NCBI GenBank assembly: GCA_030704615.1
Contig: CM060731.1
Span: 32,798,001-32,862,000 of the forward strand
Reading direction: 5' to 3'
Origin: Takakia lepidozioides
Taxonomy: Eukaryota; Plantae; Bryophyta
Length of the DNA: 64,000 nt
The position numbers and the translations under genes are program-made. The notes below the pieces were generated by a model, which worked only from the letters and a program-made list of their open reading frames with translations, had not been told where the DNA came from and did not search any database. Every line of letters begins with the position of its first letter. The stretch's first letter is position 1. Shown piece after piece: positions 22,393 to 34,310 of the stretch.

Positions 22393-24638
22393 AATAAGTA
22401 ATGTAGTGCGAAAGCAGAAAGTAGATTTTTGTCGAATAATGGATGCCAATGATCCAACAGGCAGTACTGCACTTTCTGTAAGTACTAGGGGACAAGACCA
22501 ATTCCAATTTGACCTTTGAACAGTAGAATACTTCTAGCTGGCAGACTCAATTTTGACAGGAATGGTTTGAGACAGCAAAGTTTGGTTAACTAGGTAGACT
22601 GAGGAAGACTGGGTACCCAGTGGGTGATTCCCTCAGGTGACTGGAGATCATCCAATATCTATTCCTTCTACTTGCCCCAAGAAGAGGATTATAGATCAGT
22701 GTATTAGAATCTCAGTCCCCCTTTGTTCAAATCATAATGCTAACACATAACTAGGGACATGAAATATCTGAGCATACATAGGCATGGGCCCTCTGCTCAA
22801 TACCTAAACATATGGGTGCTAGACAGGTACTAGAAGGAGAGATGGTGGGGTGATGATGAAGATGAACCTCGTTTCTATCTGCATGTGTTAGTTATGGGAT
22901 CACCAGAACATCGTCATCACGTAAAAGCATTTCGAGAAGTTGAATTTACAAGCAATGCGGCTGCAGATAAGGGCAAAGAGATCAATCTGGCAGAGGCAAA
23001 AGTGAAGGGGGGAGATGGTGATTCTGTTTCCAATTCTGACTGAATGACCTCATCACATGCTGGAGCATTCAGCAACTTCTTTCAATTTGGGAGTGATGCT
23101 TATAGCTGCCTTGAATTGGATGCCAAGGACAAGTTTTCCCCCTCTCCCCTTTCACACAGAAATGATGGCTTATGCAGGCTGGCTAAAGGGAGTGCAAAAC
23201 CTTTATACTGGTATTGGGGCATTAGTATACCACCTCATCTATGTGCTCCCAAGGCTCATTTCAATCAGGTCTGTCTTGGCTCCCATATCCTGTGCAGTGT
23301 TTGGTTATCCTTTGAAGATTTCTGATAAATTTCTGATTTTTTATTTTTATTTTTGGCCCCTCTGTCCCTCTCCCTCTGTTCCTCTCTCCCGCCCTCTCTC
23401 TCCCTCTGTTACCTGGGTCTATGGAATTGTTACATAGATTTGTATGTGTGCTAGAAATTCTATGCTGCTTATCCACACCTTTATTCTAGATCTGTGATAT
23501 GAAGATTTGCAACCGGCGTAGGCTGAGAGGGATATATTCATCAGATACTTCCCTCCGATATTTTGGGAATAGACCCTGAGAGCAAGGGCACACATACATC
23601 TCCTGTGCTACTCACACTCCTCAGCTCTTCATTAAATCAGTCTGACCTTGAAAAGCTCAATTTATTTCTTCATGACTTTGTGTTCTTTCCATTGAGGGAA
23701 GATCCATGGTTCATTGCTTGTGATACATCCTTCTAGGGGTGGGGATCATTGCCATTATGCGCACAGCATCGGGAATATTGGTGGACATCGCCAATGCACA
23801 GAGTGAGGCAGTGCATGCCCTTGCTGACGTGATCAAGTTGCTGGCTGGCAGTTGAAGGACCTCGGACTCCAAACGCGATCTAATAGATAGCCACAAATTG
23901 TGGTGCTTAAATTTTTGAATTGTAGTTGCATATGAAAGGATTTTTTTTTTTTTTTTAAGAGAACAGGGAACTGAGGCCCTGGAGAATTTATTCAAAAGAG
24001 TGGAAAGGAATTCATACATACTTGCAATTGTTTTTTTGACACGGAATTATTTTGTAAAATGTATACACTAAAATTTATAATACTATTGCTGGATAAAAAT
24101 AAATGTAAAACCTGTTTCTGTTCTGTATTTTTTGTTTTGAAAACCACTCAGGATGCAGTGGAACTGAATTTAAAATAGGTTTATGACAAAAGAAACATAT
24201 AACCTCAATAATTGATTGTAGACGATCACAAGCTAAAATTTGCACCCCTTGGAGGGTCTTGCATGTCTATATGATGCGCGGATAGGAGACTTTGGAAGGG
24301 GTTCTAGGTTAAGCTTGCATCAACGGAAACTTCAATCCCCCCCCCCCCCCCCCCCAAGATCCTTTCTACTTTAGTCATACTGTGCAAATGTAGGAGATGA
24401 GTCAAAGTCGAATGACATACATTGGATAATGCAAAGGATATAAATTATAAACAGTTGTTTCCATCACAAGATGCCAACACCCCAAACACCCATAGAGAGA
24501 AAAATGCTTCATTGTATATATACCCTCGGAGGCATAAGCCATGGGCGAACAATACTCAATGATGTGTACCGTCACTTTACAAATGCTTGCTTAGTTTGTA
24601 TTTGACTTCGGTGAGCAAGGTGTAATTGACCTCATCTT

Positions 24639-24704
24639 ATAATCTTGGATTCCAAGTTTGGTAGTTAGGGTGGGTCATTCCCACTGACTTCACAAACACA
24701 TAAT
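24639..24704 (+). repeat. 66-bp direct repeat, copy 1 (copy 2 at 28856-28921)
   Basis: ATAATCTTGGATTCCAAGTTTGG...CCCACTGACTT(C/G)ACAAACACATAAT; 5 mismatches counted by eye. Confidence 0.9.
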
Positions 24705-24915
24705 GCCTGTGCAAGCCTGGCAGACCTTGGAAAGAGGCAAGGTGTCAACAATGCATGTGACATTGTCAAAGAATTGTACCATACATGTCATTTTGAACAC
24801 TTAGGCCCTAATGGACACCCAATTCCGGAGATTAAAGATGCCAGTGGAGTGTTCGACAATATAATTGTACAAGATGTGGTGTCGTGGAGCATGACGATCG
24901 CATGATATGCATGCA
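24703..24915 (+). pseudogene. Highly degenerate PLS-PPR remnant
   Basis: ATGCCTGTGCAAGCCTGGCAG..TTGGAAAGAGGCAAG and GTGTTCGACAATATA..CAAGATGTGGTGTCGTGGAGC..GATATGC match the codon-level consensus of the 3972-7030 repeats. Confidence 0.7.
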
Positions 24916-25082
24916 TAAGATTTCATGAGTTCATGGAACTGAATCTTAAAGTTTGTAGATGTAGTTAAAGTTTGTAAACAATACATGTGAAGAGACAACT
25001 CATCGTCAATAGTTGTGAATGCTCCACATTAGCTATTAGTAGATATCAAACGACATAAACCATGTGTGGGAATACCAAGTAA

Positions 25083-28000
25083 TTAAGTATAGAAGTAATG
25101 AGGCAAACGAGCTTTCACGACAACTTGCAATGGAACCACTCTTCGAGTTGTGAGCCCAAAGACCTCACTCATGTCCAAGTCTTGGGGATGTTGGCCTTCT
25201 GGAAGCTCAAATGTAAAGCTTTGGAGCAGTTGAGCCAAACACCTTTGAACCGTAATCAGACCCAAAGGCAAGCCTGGGCAACCTCGTCGCCCTGATCCAA
25301 ATGGCAAGAGCTCGAAATTTTGGCCTTTCACATCCATATTACTGTTGTCAAACCTCTCCGGAATGAATTCATGAGGCTTTTGCCAAGCAGATGCGTTATG
25401 ATGAATAGCCCATACATTTACCATTGCCAGTGTCTTCGCAGGAATATGATAACCTGCTATCTGGCAAGCTTTAATGCTCTCATGCGGCATAAAAGGAACT
25501 GGAGGGCTGATGCGTAGGGTCTCCTTCACAACTGTCTGAAGGTAAGGGAGCCGAGGAATGTCAGCTTCATCCACCAACCTATCACACCCAATCACGTCAT
25601 CCAACTCCTTTTGAACTTTCTTCATTGCATTTGGATGTCGCAAGAGATGTGTGAACGCCCATTCTATGGTTGTTGCTGCTGTGTCAGTGCCCCCCGCAAT
25701 CATATCCTACATCAAGAATCGACACGATACGACAAATCATCATGAGTATTTCTAACTAGTCTATGTGTGCATTTAAGAGTTGACGAGCTCTGTAAAGACC
25801 TATTGACTTTGTGGCTTTGTTAGCATCAGCCAAAGCTTCTAGAGAGTAATTGCAGATTGTAGAAGCCCCCCATGATTGTGGTACATGAATAAATACGAAA
25901 AAATATACATTTGGTCATGATTTTTAGAAATTCCAAAAATCTATGTTGTATATCTCAAACCCTGATGGTCTTCATGTTGAGTAAGAATTGTTTTCATAAA
26001 AGTTCTATAGATTGTTTCCATTTCTACATACCGCTACGGTTTTGGAAGGTGTCAAATCATTTTTAGGTTAGGTACAACATGATAGGCCAACAATAAGCTT
26101 ACCCAAAGAAGAATGACTAACCATCTTATCATTGCTTGGTTAGGCTAGAAGGTACAAGTTCAAGGGAGAAAAAAAAAACAAAAAAAAACAATTTTTTTTT
26201 CCTAAAGAGCCATATTACTTGTAGCCTCCAAATCCTAATGAGGCTGTAAGGCATACAAGCGGCATATGATGCACATTCAAACATCCAATATTATCCAGTT
26301 TTAATAACATTATCCAGTATAATCATAAATTTTGTAGGATGAAAGGTTAGAGCTTGATGTTCTCTATTTGGAGGTTGTAGGTTCCATGTTCACTTGGTGG
26401 GATGGGTTGGTGACCAAGGGACTATGGCTTGCCAGGCTGCATCATGTACGTAGCCAGCCCTGGTGGATATTGTACATAACCTAGTTATAACCAAGTTTCA
26501 TCAAAATTTGCATCCAAAATTTCTATCGGGTAAGTATGAAGATAGTTATATGCATGTCACATAAGTAGCTCGCCTGCTCAAAACGAAATTAATTTTGACA
26601 CATAGGCAAATCGTGTCAAAAGCTAGGTTATGAAATTCTTATCTAGCAAAGGAGAGGTGTATGATATCCACATATGGTCTTTATCGATGACGATTTCCGA
26701 TCCCTACCCTAGGTGCTCCGCCCTCATGACAGACAATTCAAATCCAAAAAAAGTCATCAAAGGATGATATGTGATTTGTGACAGGAACAGATTAAAAGAG
26801 TTTTGAAACCTGTCGCGAGCTAGATCAAATTTGAGTGAATTCTTGCCACTTTCGAGTGTTTGGCATGTCCCCAGTTCATCTAATGGTAGGTCATATCTAC
26901 CTATGTTTGCTAATTTGGATATTATATATCTAAATCTATTCATTTCGTCATGAGGTCACATCATGAGGTAAAACATGGTTGTTATATGCTAATTACATGT
27001 GCACTTTCTTGCTGATCTAGGTTTTCAATCAAGAGACCGAATGGATAATGGCCTACCTTTAAACAATTCTGAAAAAAATCCACACGTGAACTCACCATCT
27101 AGACAACTTACATTCAAAGAAAAGATATGAATACATGTGGAGGAGATGAATATACTTACAATCATGAGTCCTTTCATAGAAGCGTCGTCAAGCCTATATT
27201 CTGCATCCTCCTCTCCAGCAAGAGACAACAACACATCTACAAGGTCTTTTTGGGCTTTTGAATTCTTTCTTCCATCTTTCTGACGATCCAAGATCATCAT
27301 ACTATAGAAGTGATCCATGCTTGCAGCAACCTTTTTCATGCGGGCTTCATAGCCTTGTAGGTCAAAAGGCTTTAGGAATGGAATGTAGTCACCAATGTTG
27401 ACAGCACCAGTGACGTCAAAAAGTTCTACAATTAGGTTCTTAAACTCTTGACCTTCCTCAGTAGTTGTCTCTACTCCAAACCATTTTTTCCCAAGTACTA
27501 TGCGAGTGATAATATTCATTGTCATATCGCTCAATCTTCTTTGCATATCCACGGATTTTTTATTCTGCATGGACCCCTAAACCGCGTCAGTTCAAGACTA
27601 CTACATGTATCTAAAGCGAATGCATTAGCCCATATTCCTCCGTGATAGAATTCAATCTCCAATTTGTAGAACTTTGGGCTACATGAAGATAAGCTTGATT
27701 GTGGACCCTCCAATAATTACTCTCAAACACACGAATATCTCTTCTCTCAATTTTTATTTTTGTGGATAGCCATCAGTTAACTTGAAGAGCTTGTTTACAA
27801 CAACAATGTGGCCCTCATATGGCTCAAGTATCGTTCAAGCTTAGATACAATAAAGTAGATTATCTAGATTTATAACATTATTAACAAATATATACGCATG
27901 TACTGTATCTAGAACTGTATTCTCCATAGCTGAGACCATAGAAACTGATCAAACAAGAGTTAGTTGTGATCTAAACTAGTTAAATACCACAACAATGATC

Positions 28001-28536
28001 AAATTTCAACTTCTAACCTGAGATTCCTCGAAAATGCCTTGCACCAAAGAAGAAACCTCCTCATCTCGGATGCTCTTGAATGTTTGGATTCTCTTGGTAG
28101 TGAAGAGTTCCGTCATGCACAATTTACGTAAAACTCGCCAGTGTTCCCCATAAGGAGCCCAAACCAAGTTTTTTCTTTTATAGAATATAATGTCTCCACC
28201 AGCTAGCTTAGGTCGAGATGCAAAGATCTGGTCGTGGGTTTTGAGAACTGCTTCTGCCATCGCAGGGGAAGAAATCACGAGTACGGACCTCAATCCAAAT
28301 TTCACTTGCATAATATCTCCATATTTATCAGCTAATTTGGAGAGTGCCACATGGGGGGCGTTACCCAGAAAAAGGAGGTCTCCTAGTATAGGCCAGCTTG
28401 GAAACGGCCCTGGTATCTTATTCACGTTTCGATCACGAAACAGCTTAAAGATCTGATTGAGAACCACTGCAGCTACTACTACAAGCAAAATCCTTGGAAA
28501 AAAATGAAGACCAAGCATACTAGAGACCCAATCCAT
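25083..28536 (-). CDS. Cytochrome P450, CYP71 clan (A-type); 3 exons (28536-28018, 27564-27160, 25706-25083), ~515 aa
   Basis: N-terminal TM plus PGP hinge, WRVLRK, AGGTDT I-helix, ETLR, PERF and heme motif PFGSGRRGCPG. Both introns are GT-AG phase 0, and no stops were seen. Confidence 0.93.
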
Positions 28537-28855
28537 TTTAAGTGTCGAGTCCCAGTTATACAATTTGGTATGATCACAACTATTTCAAGATCTATATATT
28601 GTACGTTCAAGCTGCATAACTTGGAATATTTCCACGTGAAAAAACTAGCACTTTCCAAGAGATCATCAATGCTACAGAATTAGATTTCTCAGCTAGCTTT
28701 CTCTTTATATAAAAGAGATTATGACATGGTAACCGCGCATATAGTGGGGTCTGGCGTTCGACCCTATGTGGTTTTGTCTGCCAACCTACTCAAGTTTCTT
28801 TCTAAAAGAAATACTTATTCCGGAGGGTATACCAACATGTTCTCCTCATGATCCC

Positions 28856-28921
28856 ATAATCTTGGATTCCAAGTTTGGCAGTTTGTGTGGGTCGTTCCCA
28901 CTGACTTGACAAACACATAAT
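28856..28921 (+). repeat. 66-bp direct repeat, copy 2
   Basis: Matches 24639-24704. Confidence 0.9.
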
Positions 28922-29829
28922 CTTAGGTATTCGTTTTCTCTTTGTTCACCTCACCTAGTACAATCGAGCAATATCCCAAAATGAAATAAAGAATCATTGA
29001 TTGACACATTACTCACATAAACCTTCATTCTAGCACCATGCAATGACCTTCTGTTAGCCGCTACCCAACAAAATTACGTAGAAGGTCCCTATGTTTGCAC
29101 GTCATCCACATTTTCCTAGCTTTTGGTAGATATTCTTCACAGATTTAGAGCCGGGTTCCATGGGCAGCTGCAAGGCCCCCCCCTAATCGCCCAAGATCAA
29201 CAAGCCCCTATTGGTTGAAATAGGATATTCCCTAAGAGGGGCCCCCATGGGCGATCAAGTTTCACGGTGCCCCTAATTGACACCTTTGTCTTTTCCTACA
29301 GCGGGCCTGCAACCTTACAGAATCCTATTGATTTCCATCCACATTATGTAAAATCTTAAATAAATCTAGTATTGGTGTCTGGCGGGTATGTCCACAATCT
29401 CACACCACCAACACCCGGAACAAACGGGTCTTACCAAAGACAATAACCTCCCAACACTGGTTTTAATCGTAAATAGCTAAATATTATTCTAGTTATATTT
29501 AAAGTTAAATTCTCCTTAACCATTCCACGAGCAGAGTGGTGGCAGGCAGGTCAATGGTGCTCTAACACTGGATTTCTTGACACCCTGGCACTTTTGCAAA
29601 ATTCTAGGGAGCAGAGCTTTTACGATTTTTTGGCGCTGTAAATTCCCACATGTGCTCCTCTCTGACATCTATAATTCATCTTCAAGGTTCACTTCCATCC
29701 ACTATCATCCATAGGAACTGGAGCGTGGCAAGTAATTTGATGCCACCCGAATAGGGTCGCGTCGTCCTTTAGGGGTTAAGAGCCCACACCCTCTGGAATA
29801 TTTGGAAAGCTCGGTGTGGTCATGTCTTT

Positions 29830-30482
29830 GTGGATTCTCCTATTTGTGGTAGGGCCATACTGCTCAAGGCTCACTCAGACCTGATGTCTGAAGCTCGGAA
29901 AGCATGGCGGGTTCTGGGGTTAGCTATTTATAGATGCAGCGCTAGGAGGGAAGCTCAACTTCTCGCCGACTTTGATGCTTCCTGGGGCAGGGGAGCAATT
30001 ATCTGCTCCAGGCAATCTACCTCTTCTATTTGGTGGAATGACGACATACCAACAAGTTGTCTAAGATCCTTTCCTTTGATAATCTCTCCATGTAGCTGCT
30101 GTTTGGCCTCTTGCAGACGGGTGCCTTATAGTTTCTTATTATGCAGGCCCTACAATTTCTTCTCTGCAGTTCAAGTTCTTTCCTTGTAGTGCCTTGGTTT
30201 CCCTGCATATCTTTGCACTAGTTCAGCATTGCATGTTGATTTAGTGTCTCGTTTCTAGGCTACCTGCTTATTGTTGTAGGACTACTGGTTACTATAGTTG
30301 CAAGCCTTGGTCTTCTTTGGCATACCCCTCTTCTTCCCTTCCCTTAGCTTATGCTACTTTTATCTCCCCCTCTTTGTGTCATGAAGCAGAGCCTTCCGCG
30401 ATCAGCCTTCACGGCACCCCAAAGAGGTTATTTTTTCTGGTCTGTCCGTTTATCTATTAATAAAGTTTTCAGGCCTCTGTCC
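29830..30482 (+). mobile_element. 5'-truncated L1-type LINE 3' end; its A-rich tail lies at 38391-38419, beyond the nested LTR element
   Basis: ORF 29830..30189 (AHSDLMSEARKAW..FDASWG) resembles the C-terminus of the L1 at 63-64 kb (VYSDLRTESKKA). It has a T-rich 3' UTR and AATAAA at 30459-30464. Confidence 0.7.
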
Positions 30483-30983
30483 TGTAGTGGCTAGATTCCC
30501 TCTACCTACTTTTTTGACATTTGGATGGACAGACGCTGGATGATGACCGTTGGAAAAGGGCATGGATGAAACCAGCTGGAAATAATCTATTTTTAAACTA
30601 AGTATTGTCTTATATTAATAGCTAGCTTATCTCTAAGATAGAATGAGGTGGCGTCCTATCTGGACAGACACCCGGCTCGAATTGAAATAACCAATCAGGG
30701 CTTGCCACTTGGTGGGATGAGATTGTGGGCCTTCGTTTATAAAAGAGATCAGCACGACGCTTAAGGCGGCTGTGTACGTTTGGTGTGTAAACCCTAGTGT
30801 ACCTGTGTGTAAGGTTTGGATGAAGAAGGTGTGAGTGAGGATGTACTGCTAACCTATGTGAATGATTCTAACTCCTCTCCGTTGGATCCTGCCTATCTCG
30901 CTAGCCTGCTTTACCGAGCACACATCCCCGTAAATAGCTCAATACCCGTAGAGGAAGAGGAATAACGGGGTGGGCGAGAATCT
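30483..30983 (+). repeat. 5' LTR (lacks the last 9 nt GGCTTTACA present in the 3' LTR)
   Basis: Aligns with 37868-38369 at roughly 90-95% identity by eye, with a few indels. Confidence 0.93.
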
Positions 30984-30997
30984 TGGTGGAGAAGGGG
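30984..30997 (+). promoter_or_regulatory. Putative primer-binding site, tRNA-Ala-like
   Basis: TGGTGGAGA immediately follows the 5' LTR and is complementary to the ...TCTCCACCA 3' end typical of tRNA-Ala. Only about 9 nt match. Confidence 0.55.
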
Positions 30998-31163
30998 TTG
31001 CAGGATTTCGTTAATCATTAGCTGCACATTCCTTCCTCGTACCACAGGTAGCTGTACACTGACACTGTTGCCATGGCGGCGCTCTACTGTTTCAGTTTTC
31101 GCTCGTGTTTTTGCTTGCTCCTGGCTTTCATAGTATCTGCTTGCGTTTCTGTAACCTGCAGCA

Positions 31164-32085
31164 ATGGCCTCGTCTTCTAATCCTCCAATTGACGCTGCGC
31201 TTAACGCATACAAAGAAACTCCCGCTGGTCATTTTGAGTCAATTTTTGCTCAGCATCGTGCGTGCTTTGGTGGATCCTAGCCTGGTGGTTGAAGTTGATT
31301 ACCCACCTCTTAGTGCTCCGGTTGAACGCCCTGAATTGGTCCTCGACACGCCTTCTGATCACTGGGTGGCTCAGTTTGAGTTGACCGCTGTGTTGGAGGG
31401 TCTGAAGCCCACCCATACTCCGCAAGAAGAAGTGGAAAATAGGCGAAAGTGCATCCAAGTGTTTGAAGGGGCCAGAGCAACCAAGGCCCTGCAGCTTCTT
31501 TTTGCTGCGGAGATAGCACGCAAGCCTCCATTAACTGAGGCCAAAGACAAGCTCTTGAAGGGTTGGCGGCTCTTGTGGGCTGAAGTTGGTGTTCCGCAGT
31601 TCACAGTAGCTGGGGAGGTTTCTGGCGAGTGCGAGAACTTCCTTCCGCCCAATTTACCCAGTTTGCATTGTCTATGGGAGCTGGTGAAAGGTGGCTTCTC
31701 TTGTCTTGGCCAACCTGAGGCCCACCTCGAAACCTGACTAAATGTGGACATAACTTGGGATGACCATGTTGCAGGCATTCCCGTCTCTCGCTTTCCTCGT
31801 ACTGTGCATGATATTTTGATTTTCCCTGTTATTGTGTTTAGACAGGAAAGATTGGGTTACTACTTGCCTGGATTTCCTGTTACTGATTATCCGGTGCATA
31901 CACTGCTTGCGAAGGAGAATCTTATCCGCTCCATTGTTCGAGTGGCTTTCTGGCTCAAAGTAGATGAGGAACTGTGGCACTTTCTGGGTGAGGGTGTTTA
32001 CATGCTTCTTGAAACACAGATTCATAAATGGTTATTGTATCAAGGACTGGGAGTCCAAATTGCGGCCTGCACGATCCTCAAGTAG
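31164..32085 (+). pseudogene. Extra ORF of unknown function upstream of gag (~300 aa, one frameshift and one in-frame stop)
   Basis: ATG at 31164 (MASSSNPPIDAAL). It shifts into ORF 31105..31737, whose TGA is in frame with ORF 31744..32085. Gag starts separately at ATG 32121. Confidence 0.6.
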
Positions 32086-34043
32086 AAGGTAACAACTTTG
32101 TTTGTAACAAACAGACTACAATGCCTATCACTGCTCGGCCTGGCAAGGAGCCAGGGAATCTACTAGATGAGTTAGATGACGTGGATCTTACTGATGATGT
32201 GAAAGTTGATGGTGACACTTTTCCTGATCCAATGTCTGAAACCTTGTCTCCCAAGGAGCCACTGCCAAGTGATGATACCAGTCCGACCCAAGGGGTCCCT
32301 CCAGCCTTTGGTACTATGCCTAACCTCAATATTCAGGGCATTTGTGATGCTATGTCTATGTTGTCTAGTTGTCCTGCTCTTGTGCAGCTCTTTTTAGATA
32401 AGCAAGTAGGTTCGCCCTCAGTTACCAAGCTCAAAGAGGTCCATCGTGCTCACAAACCGCCTTATCCTGACTATGAGGTAGGCCAGGACTTTGACAACTT
32501 CCTCATTTTTTTTGAGATGAGTGTCAAATTCAATGAGCTGCCACCTTCTATGATTACTGATTCCTTTCGTTTTTGTCGCAAAGGTGAGGCTCGTGACCCC
32601 TTTGAAGCTAGTATCAAGGATCAGGGTGAGTTGCTATGGGGAGTGGCCAAGCAGTTGGCGCTTCAGTTGTTTCGTGCGGACACGCCCATCAACTATCAAC
32701 GATCGTCCTTATCAACCTACTCAGAGTATCTGGAAAATTTACTACACTGACTTGAAAACCACGGTGGTCAAGGCCATTCCGGTACCTTCTGAACGCACTG
32801 CCATACTTAAAACCTACTTCATTACCGGATTACCTGCCTCTGATCAAGTCTACTTACAAAAGCATCCTTATCGCAATGAAAGGCATATGGTATAAATGAT
32901 GGATGAGCGCATCAGGTTAAAGAATGCTAAGCTAGGCAAAGGTTGTCTGCCTGTGGTTCATTCTACTTATCAACATACTTCTGAATCTTCTCATGCGGTA
33001 GTCATGGTTAAGGGTGGCTCTACAGAGGCCTCTCCTACATTACTGGAGGAGGTTAAAACCCTACAACAAGAGCTGCACACTCAGCTTCAGGCTGTCAGGG
33101 CAGAAGGATCCTAGAGGGCTGCACCTGCCAGGCCTCCTCCTACTGACTCTCATCGTGGCCATACTCAGACTGGCCCACGGTATGAGGTTAAAGGTAAACG
33201 TATGGCCCATGTTTTATTTGTGGGTCACTTGAGCACCGGACCCGCTTCTGCACCTATGTCGATCTTGTCTCTGGTATGATTGCAGAACACACACGAATTC
33301 AACGAGAACAGAAGGGCAAACAGCCTTTAAACGAAACCGATCGCTTGTGAAGGGGCCAAACGGTTAGCATCCCACAAACCCTGCAAAAGATGACTCTATT
33401 GTTTCTGTGATGTTGTCCAATGAATTCAAATTAATGCATTATGAAGCCAATAGGAAGCTTAGGAAGAAAAGAGTGCACCCTCTCATGACTCAATGTCAAT
33501 AGAGCACCTCTTGTTTTCATGTTTGTTGACACAGGCTGCACCATGTCTACTGTTCCATTATCCGTGGTTCAACTACTTGGTCTCAAACTCACCCCAGCCA
33601 CAGGTCTGCAGGTGACCATTGCAGATGGCACGCGTTATGAGCCTCTGGGTTTGGTCACCATCCCTATTAAGGTCAGTTGCACGTCCGTCACACTGACTTG
33701 CATAGTTACCATTGGCAAGCAATTGCTGTTAGGCTTGGATTGGATGTGTGCTGGAGGGGCCAAGATTGATGTGGTTGAAAACATCATGTGGCTTGCCAGT
33801 GGCAGCTCCTCACCCCACAAGGTGCAGCTCAGCTCTGTCTCCTTGCCCTCTGGTTGTGCCACTGTGCATCTCTCCCACATGCGCACCATTGTTGCTGAGA
33901 CAAGATGGCAGGCTGGTGAGCAATACAACTGGACACGTTACTTTAACTTTGCCAAGACGGCTCCTTCTACCTTGTATCAATGGCAACCACCTTTGCCTAG
34001 TAAGAAGAGTGGCCCTCCCATTCCAATCCCAGGTAACACCACT

Positions 34044-34310
34044 CTTCTTCGCAATCCCATGGACTTTGTTATACCTGCCTCCTCCCAAAGGATTGTTTCT
34101 CTTGGCCTCATCTTTCTTTGTCCACAAGGTAGTTATCTTGAAGTTGAGGGATGGAAACGCTTGATGCTTTCCAAACATTGCTTGATTGCATCTGGGGTGC
34201 TGGATCGGGGCTTTCGAGGGGAGCTCAGACTTCTTGTTGCCAACCCAGAACGCATACCTATCACCATCCGCAAGGGTCAGGTCCTAGCATGACTCACTAC
34301 CACCCCATTG
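34044..34310 (+). other. dUTPase-like domain within the retrotransposon pol, between protease and RT
   Basis: DFVIPASSQRIVSLGL..P.GSYLEV....GVLDRGFRGELRLLVAN...ITIRKGQVLA follows the trimeric dUTPase pattern (motif 3 GVIDxDYRGE, motif 4 KGxRIAQ). It is in frame with the protease (ORF 33519..34292). Confidence 0.8.

Noticed and set aside
23170-23270. Mitochondrial-carrier-like GVQNLYTGIGA
   Set aside because: Too short, with no PX[DE]XX[KR] signature or supporting exons.
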